NCBI GenBank assembly: GCA_015680685.1 | Contig: MNCI01002923.1 | Location: forward strand, 1,242,458-1,306,457 | Direction of reading: 5' to 3' | DNA: 64,000 nucleotides | Origin: Gnetum montanum | Lineage: Eukaryota; Plantae; Gnetophyta | Shown here: positions 27,250 to 39,837 of the stretch, in pieces | How positions within the stretch are numbered: the stretch's first letter is position 1 | How the letters are laid out: each line of letters starts with the position of its first letter | Made by a program: the position numbers and the translations under genes | Notes under the pieces: generated by a model | Told to the model about the DNA's origin: nothing | Databases searched by the model: none | The model's input: the letters and a program-made list of their open reading frames with translations, nothing else

Positions 27250-29600
27250 CACTAGGTGTCTATTGGTGGTATGGTGGCTGGGTAGAGAAATTATTGGTCA
27301 CACACCTGATTATAGAAAGCATAGAGGGGAATGTTAGATTATGTGTGTACATTATGATGGAAATCTCACCCACTATGGCATCCTTGACTATATGGAAATA
27401 TGCATGAATCTGTGTGTTCCCTCACATTAGTGAATTCACTGGAGACTTCGGTATAGTGACAGGGGCTTTTAATGGAGCTAAGGACGGTGTGGCACTAGGT
27501 TTTCCTTAGGCTTGTTTAGAAGGTGAAGTAGGTTCAAAAGTGTGATTCTTCTTCTTATGGTCATGCATAAAGAAGGGATGCTTCCAACATTGCAGAGGGA
27601 ACCTACTTTTGTTAATAGCAGTAGCATAAGTTACATCTGTTGGTTGGCATGGTGGTGCAAAACCATCCAATACATCTGATGGCAATGTAGAAGGAGATGA
27701 AGGATGAGAATACCGAGGGTGAGGAGAAGTGTGAGACATATGAGGTGGTGATCCCTTAGGAGAAGATATGGGTTGATGGTGCTTGGGAGAGTGATAACAG
27801 TGATTGGAAATAAAGGATTCAAAACCAATTGGAGAAATAGGATGTTGAACATAGTAGGCATTTGGTATTGGCAGACAGGGAGGATGTGGCTGGCTAAATG
27901 GTGGCCTTCTCCATGCCTGTGAGTTTTGCCACTACAGTGGAGCAAAGTGTTGAGGCTGGTAATAGCTCCCCTCAAGATAGTACAATGGGTCATGGGGTTG
28001 TCCATAATTACCTTGTGGAACAAGGATACGCCTAAATCAATACCTTTTTAGGAATTTTGGATGCAGCTTCCATACCCAATGCTCATATAGATGTTACAAG
28101 ATCAAGTAATGGCCCTTTGGATGGTCATGTAAATAGACATCACATCCATCCTTATTATCTGTAGTTGAGTTGTTGGCCTCGTTACCCTTACCCATTCTCC
28201 CTGGTTGTTGAATAGTATTCTTAATTAATTTTTATTTTTGTGCCCTTTGTTTGTATTGATTGCCAAGTTTATTTTGGATGACCCTCTCCCTGATAGTGTC
28301 TTCTAGTTCACACTTTGTTCATTTGCCCATACAGTCATCTTGTTATGCTTTGCCTCAATTTCATCTATCGATTTTTATATTGGCAAAGGTTGGAACAGTA
28401 TCGTCCTTTCGGAATCGATTGTTTCCTTTTCATTGTCGCTTTGAATCCTTGTTGTTTCTTGAGTTGGGTCCCGCTCAAATGCTTTGGCATTCTCCCATTT
28501 AGATAATTCTCTCTCTTCTTTTGTTAGATGCTCTATTACTTCTTCGACCTGGTGGCCTTGGAGCTTATATAGTTGTCCTCAAGCATACTTTCTAAGGTTC
28601 ACCCTTACTTCGTTACTAAGCCCATCTATAATGTGGAGTATTTGCTCTTTCTTGGAGAACCTATGACTTGGAAATTTATTTAGTAAGGCAGAGTCTCTAT
28701 CTAAGGCCATGTCCAAGGATTCCTGTTGTTCTTGTTTCCATCCTTGGATTTGTCTCCTCAAGGCAGACACTTGTGCATAGGTCTTGTATCTTTTAATGAA
28801 ACATTTCAACATGGTTGATCATTATCTAATTGAATTTGGTTCCAATAATCTATACCACACTTTGGGTTTATCAATTAGTATCCTAAGGAAGAGCTTAAGC
28901 TTTTACCATTTACTATCCATGTTGTTAAGCACACAAGCATCATGGAAAGCTTGTAAATGATGTTGTAGATCTAAATCATAGCCTCTAGCAGATTTTGGAA
29001 TATTGTTCAAGTCAAGCTTAGGTAGTCGACTCTTTTTACGATGCCTATGAGATATCTTAATAGCCTCTGTGATGTACATTAGGCTTTTAGGGACTAATAA
29101 GGATTTATCATTGTCAAACAAGTTGTGATTAGAATCTTTATTTAATTTATGGTAATGATGGGGCTTGTCTTCATGTTGATGACCTTGAGTGTGTTTGTGG
29201 GTTTGATTTTTGCTTTTACTTTGACCCTTTCGTGGAGCTCTATCTCTATACTTATGTTCATCTTTGTCAAAACTAGACATTGAAGTTGAGGGGGAAGATG
29301 AAGAGGAACTAGTAGGATAGCCATGGCTTCTATAATGTTCTTCATGGTGCCTTGGTTTATCATTTCTAAGTACCGAGGACGTCTTAGGCCTTGAGTCCTC
29401 CCCTATTTTAAGACTGATGTCATCTTCTTCAAGATTGTTTGCCTTAGGTGAATGTAGTCTTTGAGTGTTGTTAAGATGGCCATGGTCATGAAAAACCCCT
29501 TCATAAGATGGATCACACTAATATTCTTCATTGTATAATTCGTTAGTTCTCCAATGAATAGTTGTGCTACATGGTTCATAATCATTTATACATGAGTGAG
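27250..29600 (-). pseudogene. gag: C1 gag (decayed; boundaries approximate)
   Basis: DLQHHLQAFHDAC, KLKLF...KVWYRLL and LRRQIQGWKQ are Retrotrans_gag-like. Homologous to C2 51209-53148. Confidence 0.7.
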
Positions 29601-29730
29601 ACATTATTGTTGATTTGTGATGTGTGTTTGAATACTTCTTGAAAGATATATCATTTAATGCCTTGTTATAGTGATCTTGTGTAATATAACCAATCTAGAT
29701 AGCTAGCACCATCCCTGGCAATGGCACCAA

Positions 29731-30519
29731 TGATAAGCAATGAGGTACCCCTATGCTCAACAATATAAATACAATCATGTATGCATGATTTAGTTGAACT
29801 CTGTAGATGCACTAGTTTTGGCACCTAGATAGTTATACGTTGATTACAATTCACTATCTTCCCACCTGGACTAGTAGTAGCTTTGTCACGTATGGTTTAG
29901 TCCAGAGTGAGGCATATGATGTGGTCCTAATCTTACGTTACTCCTGATAATAGAAAGGATAATTTGATTAAGCTAATAATGGAAGCAAAACCTAAATTAG
30001 CCTATGGTAATGGTATCCATCCTTAACCATCCGTACACGTCTTGGACTTCATGGGATTACTGCTAGGCATGCCAAATATTCGCACTTAAACGCTCATGAT
30101 TAAGGCATACACATTCCACTTAATGATAAGGAAAAGTAAATAACAATAAATCAACTATTAACTAAAGAAGATATTAAATAATTAAAATAACAAAATTAAT
30201 CTAAGTGAATGCTACAATGATGAAAGTAATCTTGATCTTTATTGTCGATCATGCACGTGTCCAAGTACATCACACTCGAACAAAGGTGTCATACAATTAC
30301 AAACATCACACTGTAGGCATGCACTAAAAATAATTGAAAGCTAAACTACCAAAAGAAAAGAACTTCTAACTCTCTAATGATCTAATCCTCTTCTCATTGT
30401 GGGCCTAAGTGTTGTATTTATAGATTAACATTGGAATCACGATATCATGTATACAATATCGTCTCCAGGCCGTGATATCGCATACCTGATATTGGGGCCT
30501 AGCAAACCACGATTCATCA
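29731..30519 (-). repeat. C1 5' LTR
   Basis: Adjacent to the PBS and bounded by TSD GTGTA. Confidence 0.9.
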
Positions 30520-31125
30520 GTGTAGTTTTGATCAATTCTTTATAATGAATCCTATCTACCTAAACTACCCCTTTTAATTGTTCATGCCAAGTTCATGGGT
30601 TTTGGGCTATCATTTTCTTAATTCCATCCAATATAATTTTATTGGAGGACTCAACCAAACCATTACTTTGTGGATAATATTTAGTTACATCCTTAATAAT
30701 AACATTATGTTCTCTAGCCCAATTTGTAAACTTTATGGAGATGAAGGTGGGTCTGTTACTGACTACTAAAGCATGAGGATACCCATATTTAGAGATTATA
30801 TTGTATTCTAAGAAGTGAATAACTTCATAAGATGATGTGATTTTAGTTACTTTCACTTCTAACCAACTTGTGCAATAAGAAATGTCTGTTAATATAAATT
30901 TGTATAGGGTAATAGACAAAGGATTAATCACTCTAATAAAATCTAAAGCCCATTGTGCAAAATGGTCCAGTTTCTATTATAGGCTATAAAGGGGCTGAAC
31001 TCCTAGGATCTTTACCTTTCAATATTTGACATTGGACACAAGTTCTAACTAGGTTGTATGCATCATTGATCATAGTGAGCCAATAATAACTAACCCTCAT
31101 GATTTTATGAACTAACAAACGATAT
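30520..31125 (-). pseudogene. pol: Old gypsy element D, integrase core
   Basis: TCVQCQ Zn-finger half, WALDFI, SKYGYPHALVVSN and YYPQSNGLVESSNK. Flanked by the C1 and C2 TSDs. Confidence 0.8.
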
Positions 31126-31981
31126 TAATGAATCGTGATTTGCTAGGCCCCGATATTGGACCCTCGATATCGAGTCCTTGATATCGGGTACGTGATATCA
31201 TGGCCTAAATAACAATATCAGATACACAATATCGTGATCCCTGTGTAAGCCTATAAATACACATTTGGGCACACAGGAAAAGGGAGTCAGTAGGTGTAAG
31301 TGTAGAGTCTTTTTGTTCATTTTTTAATTCATTTCAATTTTTCCCCAGTGCATGCATGCAATGTAATGATTGTAATTATATGAAACCTTTATTCGAGTGT
31401 GATGTACTTGGACATGCACATGACCGGCAATAAAGATCAAGATTACTTCATCATTGCAGCATTCACTTAGCTTTTATTTTGCCATTGTTTCTTTAGTTAA
31501 TATTTACTTTATTGTCATTTACATTTCATGTTGTTAATGTGGAATGAGTACGAATTAATCACAAGCATTTAAGTGGGACTACTTGGTATCCCAGTAGCAT
31601 ATCTAGGAGTGCTTAAGTAACATGTACTTGGTAATCATAGAAGCAGTACACGAAGTCCAAGATGTGTACGGATGATTAAGGACAAATGCTCATTGCACTT
31701 AGGCTAGCTTAGATTTCCTTCTCATATTTCTCATTAGCTTAATTAAAGTTATTCTCTATTGTCCTTAGGATTAGCATAGTGATAAGAAACACACTATACA
31801 CCTCACTCTGGACTAAACCATACGTGACAAGCAAATACTAGTCCAAGTGGGAAGACAGTGAACTGCAAGCAATGTGTAACTATGTAAATACCACAACTAC
31901 TCTATTTGCAAACTTCAACCAGATCATGCATACACACTTGTATTTGTATGGTTGAGTGTAGGGGTACCTTACCACTCATCA
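31126..31981 (+). repeat. C2 5' LTR
   Basis: Starts TAATGAATCG (TG mutated), ends CACTCATCA, followed by the PBS. Confidence 0.9.
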
Positions 31982-32006
31982 TTGGCGCCATTGCTAGGGA
32001 CAGTGT

Positions 32007-33839
32007 TGTAGCGACCGAAAACGTCGGTGGCTGAAACACTAACACATTGTTGGATGAACAATTTAACCCCAAATCTGTGCAAGGGCTGTGCTAGAGAGAA
32101 ACAGAAATGGGGTGCCCTTAATGGTCTCATCGATCAGACAAGAACTTAAGCAGTGTATCTTAACCTTTCATGAAAGTTTGTTTCAGAAGCAAGACATGCA
32201 AAGTAAATCGACGATCAACAAATGTAAAGTGATAAAAATAACACAAAACAACGATGATAGTAAACAAATAACAAAATGGATTTGGATGAGAAAATGCACC
32301 GCCCTAAAGGTCATGGATTTGATCCTTTTCCTTGTTTGAAAAGTGTACAATAAGTTGTGCAAGACTGGAGAAACACTGCTTACACTGAACAGTATGGTCA
32401 CAGGTCTTCTACTCGCTACTTTGTTTGTTGAGATGCAAAAATGCTCGACTCACAAAGGGATGTTTGGAGCCAACCAGAGAGCTCAAAGGTAAACAGAATG
32501 CTTAAAAATTCCAACTATGCTCTTTGAAAGCCAACTTAAAAGCCAACTACGTCAAAAATCTAATCTTTTCTGCCAACAAGCCAACCGAGAAGCCAACCTC
32601 TCAAGCGTTATTTGTTGGGGTTTTTATAGGGCTAGGAGCAGGAGGGAAACATGGTCTAGACACCGCATGTCTTGGGCCCTACAAGGTGCTAATAGGCCCA
32701 TACCATGTAGGTATGTGAAGCTAGATGTAAACTTTGTTAAGATGTGACCATACTCTTGAGACTGCATGTGTAGAAATCCAGTGTGCTAACAATGTAAGCA
32801 TAGTGGAGCCTATGCTCGAGGACTATGTCTTCCCTGCTCTTACAAGCAGGGAGTTGACCAAGGGGGTGAAAATGGAGTGGAATTGCTGATTTTTCCAAGG
32901 AGATGCCAGAGTGAGAAAAATTTTTGCCAACAAGTTCTAGAGCTACCTGAAGATGTCTTGATGCTTCTATGCCAGTGTTGTGCTACTCACGCTGTTGAAC
33001 AGATTAGTGTAGCTTAAGTAGCTGCTTGCTACACTGTGCGACGCTACATAGCGTAGCATACTGTAGCCACTGGGTTTAACAAAAATTTATTTAGGAGATG
33101 AAGAGTGTTTATCTGAGGCTTAGTCATGCTAACAACTACAACTTTTGTCCTTCATGTCGGAGAGCTTTTGAACTCACTGAACTCACGTTTGAAACAGTTT
33201 TGCTATTTTTGCATTATTGCTATGCTATGCTACACTATGTAGCATAACACAGTGTAGCAGCTAACATACCTTACTTCTTTGTTCAATCCGCCATTTTATA
33301 GAAAGAAACTTTACTCAAGGCCTAAGGACTAAGTGGGGCAACCGATTTGGGAGGCCGAAGCATTGCCAAGTGCAATTTTCTTGTTGGAATCAATTGTCAA
33401 GATGGGCCTTTCTACTTTGCCTTTGCTATGCTACATAGTGTAGCACCTTGCATTGACTCAATCCTGACTTGTCTTGCAATCATTCTGTCACTTCGCATTT
33501 GGACACTTGAGAAGCTATCTTTCAAGGCTTGCTACACTACATAGCGTAGCATAGTTTAGTAGACTTCTTCACTAGAAAACTTTTCGAACTGTTTTGCTCA
33601 TCCCAAACACTTTCGACAACTCCTAGCATGATCTCTAGGTAGACTATCAACCGAGTCAATTATCCAGTTGGGCAAGCTGGAGAGTCCAATGAGCCTATTA
33701 GCTTTGGAGATAGAAAACTTGCCAAACTGGACAATGTACCCTCAATGTGAACCATCATGATGCTGCACTTGTGGAAGTCTTTGAATAAATTCTGAGACTC
33801 TACTAAAGCATGAGGGTCCTAAAATTTTATGGTGTTTCA
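32007..33839 (-). repeat. Element B 3' LTR
   Basis: Collinear with 49229-51097 and adjacent to the PPT. Confidence 0.92.
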
Positions 33840-35218
33840 CTAGCCCCTCTTTGTCGACATCTGAAGGATCCGCCCAATAGACATTGATAAAGAATACAAA
33901 CACCATGAAGGTCAAGACACCAACATCACTCTCCAGTGGTTGCTCAAATGTCACTTTGCTATGCTTGGGAGTATCAGGATAGTTGTGCAAGAAAAAGCAA
34001 GAAAAGGGTGGATTTGAGAGGATAGGCTCAAGAAAAAGAAGGATGAAATGTAGTGTGGTCCCTCGTTGGAGTGTTTGTGAGGGATTTAGCATGTGTAAGC
34101 ATCTTTCTTTTGCTAGCTTCTGACCTCTCATCAGAATTCTTGGATAGGGTCATTGTGAAATAGCTGGTGTGCCATTTGTTTTGGGCACACACTCTTTTTT
34201 TTTTTTATGCTTTTGTGCTTTTCTTTTTCTATTTATCCATGTTCATTTGCAAACAACCTTGTTGTTGCAAGATAGATGTTTCCTCCCCAAGATGAGTTGT
34301 GTTACATGCATGTGGGGCTTTGACTACCTACAGATGCCTCCCATGTAGCGAGCTACGTTATGCACATCATGGACTTTACGGTTGAGCATATGGAAGGGCT
34401 TTACATGCAACGAGAAACCTTGTAAAAGAGGTGTGAAAATGGAAATTGCAAGTATACAAAACGAGGTGATGAAGCTTAAGAGGAAGGGTAGGATGTGCAC
34501 TCCTAAGTAGCTCAGCTAGTCAAAGTGATCACTTCGAAATGCTGTAGTATCCTATCCTCTTGGCGAAATGCATCCCTGACTGATGCCATCTCAGCCCATA
34601 TCCTGCAAGTGCAACAGAAAGTAGACCAAAGAAATGTAACCATGAAATTCAGTTAGGCAAAGATCTCACTTGCTTTAGACACCATTGAAGTGATAGGCAT
34701 TATTACTAAGGCATGCAACATCTAAAGTAGGACGGCAAATAGTAATTCTGGCAACGGTAAACTGAAGGGGCTAGCATCAAGGGGGCTAGGAGTTACGACG
34801 ATGCAAGTGCTCTGGAGTCCTCGCCCAAGGAAAACATCATGCAATTCAACTGTAAGCGGAAAGGCCTAACAGCTGAACATCTATTGAGCTTAGGCGATGG
34901 TAGGGGCTAGAGGGTAGTAACCTTGTGATTGGGCCACAATAGTGCTAGGACTCCAGTAGTAGGTGCTGACAATGGAAGCTACTACCAAGGTGACAGGCTA
35001 TGGTAGCAGTAGCTACAAAAGGTCAGCAAGATGTTAGACGACATCCTCGAAGGATTAGCAAGATGCCAAGGGTAGTGGCATTGCATATGTTCTAGAGGGT
35101 GTTCTTTTGTCATTGTGAACTACATTCTGGAACTGCAATGCTCCACCTCATGTCAACACTGTGCACACTTGCTTGTTTGAGTGGTGGCAGATGCAAGTTG
35201 GGAACATTGTGCCATGAA

Positions 35219-35523
35219 CCCAGTTTAAGGTCCTAGTAGACCATCTAATGTACTGGTTTAGGGTCCCAACAGACCGCTGTGCTAGGTTAACATCCTAGCA
35301 GATCGCAATGTGCTAGTTTAAGGTCCTAGCAGACCACTATGTTAGTTTAAGGTCCTAGCAGACCGCTGTGCTAGTTTATCATTGTAGCAAACGGTGGATG
35401 GTCCAATTTAAGGTTGTGGCAGGTCATCTGTGCTAATTTTACGTCATAGCGGATGATCTATGCCAGTTTATAGCCATAGTGGACTATCTATGCTAGTTTA
35501 TAGTCATAGCAGACTCTCTGTGC
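35219..35523 (+). repeat. ~29-32-bp tandem array (CTAGTTTAAGGTCCTAGCAGACCGCTGTG), about 10 copies, just after the B integrase stop
   Basis: Read directly. Confidence 0.85.
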
Positions 35524-35539
35524 TTACCTCGCCTTTGTT

Positions 35540-38500
35540 TCAGACATAGTATGGCTTAAGGTACATGTGGCTCACTAGATTTGCAAACTCCCTACCATCC
35601 ATGTCTACTAGTTTGTAGGCTCCATTCTCATAGGCTTTTGTGACTATGAATGAACCTTCCCAATTTGTTGAAAGCTTGTTTGAATGGTCACGAATAGCTT
35701 TGAGGACTAGGTCTCCCTTTTTGATTGGTTGTTGATTTGGGTTGAACTAAGGCTTTTGCCGCTGCTTGTCCTAATACCATTCGATATGACCCAGTGTTTG
35801 TGCATGCTCTTCCTCTAGGGATTCAAGGTCGATGATCCTTGACTTGTTGTTCTAGGCTTCGTTCATGATGCTTGAAAGGATCATCTGCAATGACGGTACT
35901 TACAATTCAAGAGGTAATACTACTTCAGATCCATAAACTAGGCTATAGGGAGTCTTACTTATGGTCATTTTGCATGTCATCCAGTAGGCCCACAACACAT
36001 AAAGGATTTGCTCATGCCATCACCTCTTACTATTGCTAAGCATTTTTTTAAGCAAGTTGATGATGGCCTTGTTTGTTGCCTCTACCTAATCGTTTTCCTG
36101 CAGGTAGTATGGCAATGAGAAGGATTGCTTAATGCAAAGGTTGCTACAAAAGGTCTTAGTTTCTGCACTACTAAACTGTGGCCCATTGTTTATCACAATA
36201 GTCATGGGAAGACCAAACCTTGTTACTATGTTCTCTAAGATGAAGTGGAAAAGCTATTGGGATGTAGTTTTCCTAAGGGGAATAGCCTCTGCCCACTTCA
36301 TAAAGTACTCGGTGGCAATGATGATGAAGCTATGCCCTGTGGAAGACTTAGGCATTATGGGTCCTATGATATCTAGTCCCCATCGTTGGAATGACCATGT
36401 GATCTGTGTAGGGTGCAACTCAGTAGGTGAAACGTGTATAAGGTTTGCATGACGTTGGCATGTATCACACTTCTTAACCTTAGCAAAGCAATCTCGTTCC
36501 ATGCAAGGCCAGTAATACCCTAGGCATCTTATTTTAGCTACCACAACCCTGGGAGCTATGTGTCCTCCACATAGTCCTTCATGGACCTTGCTAATGATTT
36601 TTTGTGCCTCTTCCCCACCAACACAAGTTAACAATATCCCATCAAAGAAGCATTACATAAGGTATTATCTCCTATGAGGACATACTGCTGCGCTCGCTTT
36701 CGCATTACATCCTTTTGGGTAGATGTCAAGCCGCGTGGGGGTTCACCATGTTGCAGGTAGGCCTTAATGTTAGCGTACCACTATTGGGTGTTGTTAGCAC
36801 TTATAAAGGTGATGTGTATTGCTTGGATGATAGGGTCTATGCATTCTGTTATTGCAGTAGGTAAAGTTGCAAACAGGTGTGGCGACACATTTAACACTAG
36901 CATGGCCAAGGCATCGGCTATAGTGTTTTCATTGCATGGCACATGCTGGATATCTATCATTGTGAATTGTTTCAACAATTTTTTGGTCAAATAACAATAA
37001 GGCTATAACTATGAAGCCTTATAGACATAGACTTCAGTGATTTGGTTCACAACAAGTTGATAATCACTTTGGACTACCAAATGTTGAATCTTTAATTGTT
37101 AGGCTACTAAGAGGCCCCTAAGGAGTCCTTCGTACTCAGCTACATTGTTCGGACAAAGGAATGTGAAATAGTAAGCAAAAGGTTGAATGTCCCTAGAGGG
37201 GAATGTAATGATGGCGACAACACTACTACCTCACGTGGTTGAGGCGCCGTCGAAATGTAAAGTGGCCTTGAAGTGCGATGGCACAAGGTTGATACTGCTA
37301 ATGTGTTTGTCAGGGGATTTGGGTTCTATGGTTGCCCGATCATCAATGGTTGAGAAGGTAAGTTGCATAGCTATGGCTTGTCCCTTCGTCGATGATTGGG
37401 TTACATAGTGCAAATTGAATTTTGCCATTATTGCTTTCCATCGAGCTATTCTACTACTTTCATATAAGTTGTTCGTGATAGCCCGAAGTATGTTGCTTTT
37501 GCATATAATGTTCACCTAGCTACAGAATAAGTAGTGTCTCTACTTTTTTAGCGCAAATACTAAAGAGAGACAATTCCTTTCTACTTCGTTGTATTTTACT
37601 TCATATGCTACTAATGCATGGCTCAAGTAATAGACTGGGATTTCAAAGTCATCCTCTCTTTTCTCGCATAACAGTGCTGCGATAAATGTGTCCAAAGTGG
37701 CAAGGTAGATATAGAAAGGCTTATTCCTCTGTGGTGGGTAAATAGTTGGGAGGCATAAAAGCTCTTTCCTCAAGTCATTGAAGGTTTTTTGACACTAAAT
37801 TGTCCACTTGAAGTTAACCCCCTTCTTTGGTAAGTGTTGCATGGGGTATAACTTGTTAGTCAACTTTGCTATAAACCTTCTGATAAATTGTATTCTACCT
37901 TGCAACCTGCGTAATTATTTAAGGTTGGTAGGAGGTGCTAGGTTAACGATGGTCTTAACTTTGTTAGGATCCACTCTTATTTCAGCCTCCAACACATGCG
38001 CCTAGATTTAACTTCGAACACACATGTCTTTTGGTTGAGGTGTAAGTCATGCCTGTGACAATGCTTGAGGACTACATCTAGATCGGTGGGATGATCAGTA
38101 GCTATCTTAGACTTAACTACTATGTCATCCACGTAATCATTTAGTCTCTCTAGAATGTAGTCATTGAATATGTAGGTCATGGCTTGTTGATAGGTTGCTC
38201 TAGCATTCTTTAGACCAAAGGGAATCACCGTGTAACAAAAAGTTTCCCAAGGGGTCATAAACATAGTTGTCAACTGATGCTCTGGATTAATGCGAATCTA
38301 ATTGTAACTCGAGACCCCATCCATAAAGGATAATAAAGCATGACCAGCAGTAGTATCAATAAGTTGGTCAATACTCGGCAACGGGAAGTCATCCTTAATT
38401 TTTGCCTTATTCAGATCTCGAAAGTCTATACAAATTCATATACCTCCCATTTTCTTAAAGACTACAACAATGTTTGATACCTATTCCGAGTAATCGACCA

Positions 38501-39006
38501 TGCGAATGAAGCCTACTTAGTATAGCTTAGTGATTTTGTCTTGTACAGCTAGTCCAATTTGTGGTTTAATCTTTCGAGCCTTTTGTTTAATCGGTTTGAT
38601 ACGTGGGTCCAAGACAATGTTATGTTGTATTAACCGTGGGTCTAAGCCTGGCATGTCATTATAGGACCACGCGAACACTTTAACATTATCTTGGAGGACT
38701 TTAGATATATCCTCTTACATTTTTTGATCTAGGAGGGAGCTAAGTTTTAGTGTCTTTACTTCCCACCTAGATGTCTTTATTGGTACTTCAATGAGAGGGT
38801 CCTCGGTCACATCTCCAACCTCTAAGTCTAAGGCTCGGACCAGATGTTCGGGCCAATCTAGGAATGTTACTAGGGATGCTATGGTGTTATCAATGGATGA
38901 TTCCCAGTCTATTGACTCTAGGTTTAAATGTCTTACAAGCTTGCCATGAGGACCTGTCAGGGTTAGAAGCGAATGTAGATCACGCTACATGGCCATTTTT
39001 TTCAAC
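35540..39006 (-). pseudogene. pol: Element B pol exon: RT-RH-aRH-integrase (decayed)
   Basis: IPFGLKN, YVDDIVVKS, RNase H VYYLSHAL, aRH LHFDGAS...NVAEYEG...NTIADALA, integrase HEGLCGGH...CDTCQ, WGLDIIGP, ending YLKPYYV*. Confidence 0.92.
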
Positions 39007-39133
39007 CTACCACAATAAAAGAAAGCCAAGTCAAGTGATACTTGTTTGTAGCAATAATGCATAATAATAAATATTTGCAAAGCAATAATGGAACATGAAA
39101 TAATTGTTAACTATTCGGCCAAGTTTGCAAGTT

Positions 39134-39546
39134 ACCAGTTTAAGGTCTTGGCAGACCGTAAATGAGTTTGAACACACGAGGGACATCAATTTAGCCAGTT
39201 TAAGGTCATGGCAAACTGGAACATTGCAAGGTCTAGTTTGAAATAAAAAATAGGCATTAAAGCTATCAGTTTAAGGTCGTGGCAGACCGTACTCATGCTA
39301 CAGTGTAAAACTCAAATCGAGATTGCTAGTTTAAGGTCTTAGCATACCGTTAATGGGTGGAGCTTGAGAACTAAGGTTGCTAGTTTAAGGTCTTTATGAA
39401 CCGTTAATAGGTGGGGTTTGTTTAATGTCACTAGTTTAAGGTCTTTGCAGACTGCTAATGGGTAGGCTTTATAAAATGTCACTAGTTTAAGATCTTTGCG
39501 GACCATGGTACATAGGCTTCGTAAAGGTAGGTTGCTAATTCAAGGT
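39134..39546 (+). repeat. Interspersed array of a ~25-bp motif (CCAGTTTAAGGTCTTGGCAGACCGT) with variable spacers, 7-8 copies
   Basis: Copies near 39135, 39195, 39266, 39326, 39380, 39431 and 39482, plus a partial copy at 39535. Confidence 0.85.
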
Positions 39547-39695
39547 GAGACAAAATTTTCGATTGGACCCCACCTACTATGCTGCAAACAATGATGCTAT
39601 GCTATAGGGGGATTATGACACAATAGTGCTACGCTATCCAGGGAATACCACATTACTCGGGGTGCAAAAATGCAAGTTCTTTTCACCACATTAGC

Positions 39696-39703
39696 TATAA
39701 ATA
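39696..39703 (+). promoter_or_regulatory. Putative TATA box of the antisense gene in element B
   Basis: CTATAAATAG about 135 bp upstream of ATG 39838. A TATA-like TTTATAAGTA lies at the equivalent place in A (16199-16208, minus strand). Confidence 0.55.
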
Positions 39704-39837
39704 GGGGTTTACCCTTGGTAAACTTGTCATTTTCACTATTAGAGTGCAGATCCCACATCCAGAGCATAGCATTATCATGCCGAGAGAGAGCAAAGAAAAG
39801 TAGCATAGCAGTTGACAGACGATTTGTAAGTAAGGCA

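Larger units (their letters stand above)
21529..30519 (-). mobile_element. Element C1: non-autonomous Athila-like LTR retrotransposon (gag + ORF2, no pol)
   Basis: LTRs at 29731-30519 (5') and 21529-22275 (3'). TSD GTGTA at 21524-21528 and 30520-30524. tRNA-Asp-type PBS TGGTGCCATTGCCAGGGA at ~29712-29729. PPT GGGGGTA next to 22276. Confidence 0.92.

Noticed and set aside
39134-39546. CRISPR-like repeat-spacer appearance
   Set aside because: Eukaryotic retrotransposon context, degenerate repeats, variable and partly related spacers, and no cas genes.
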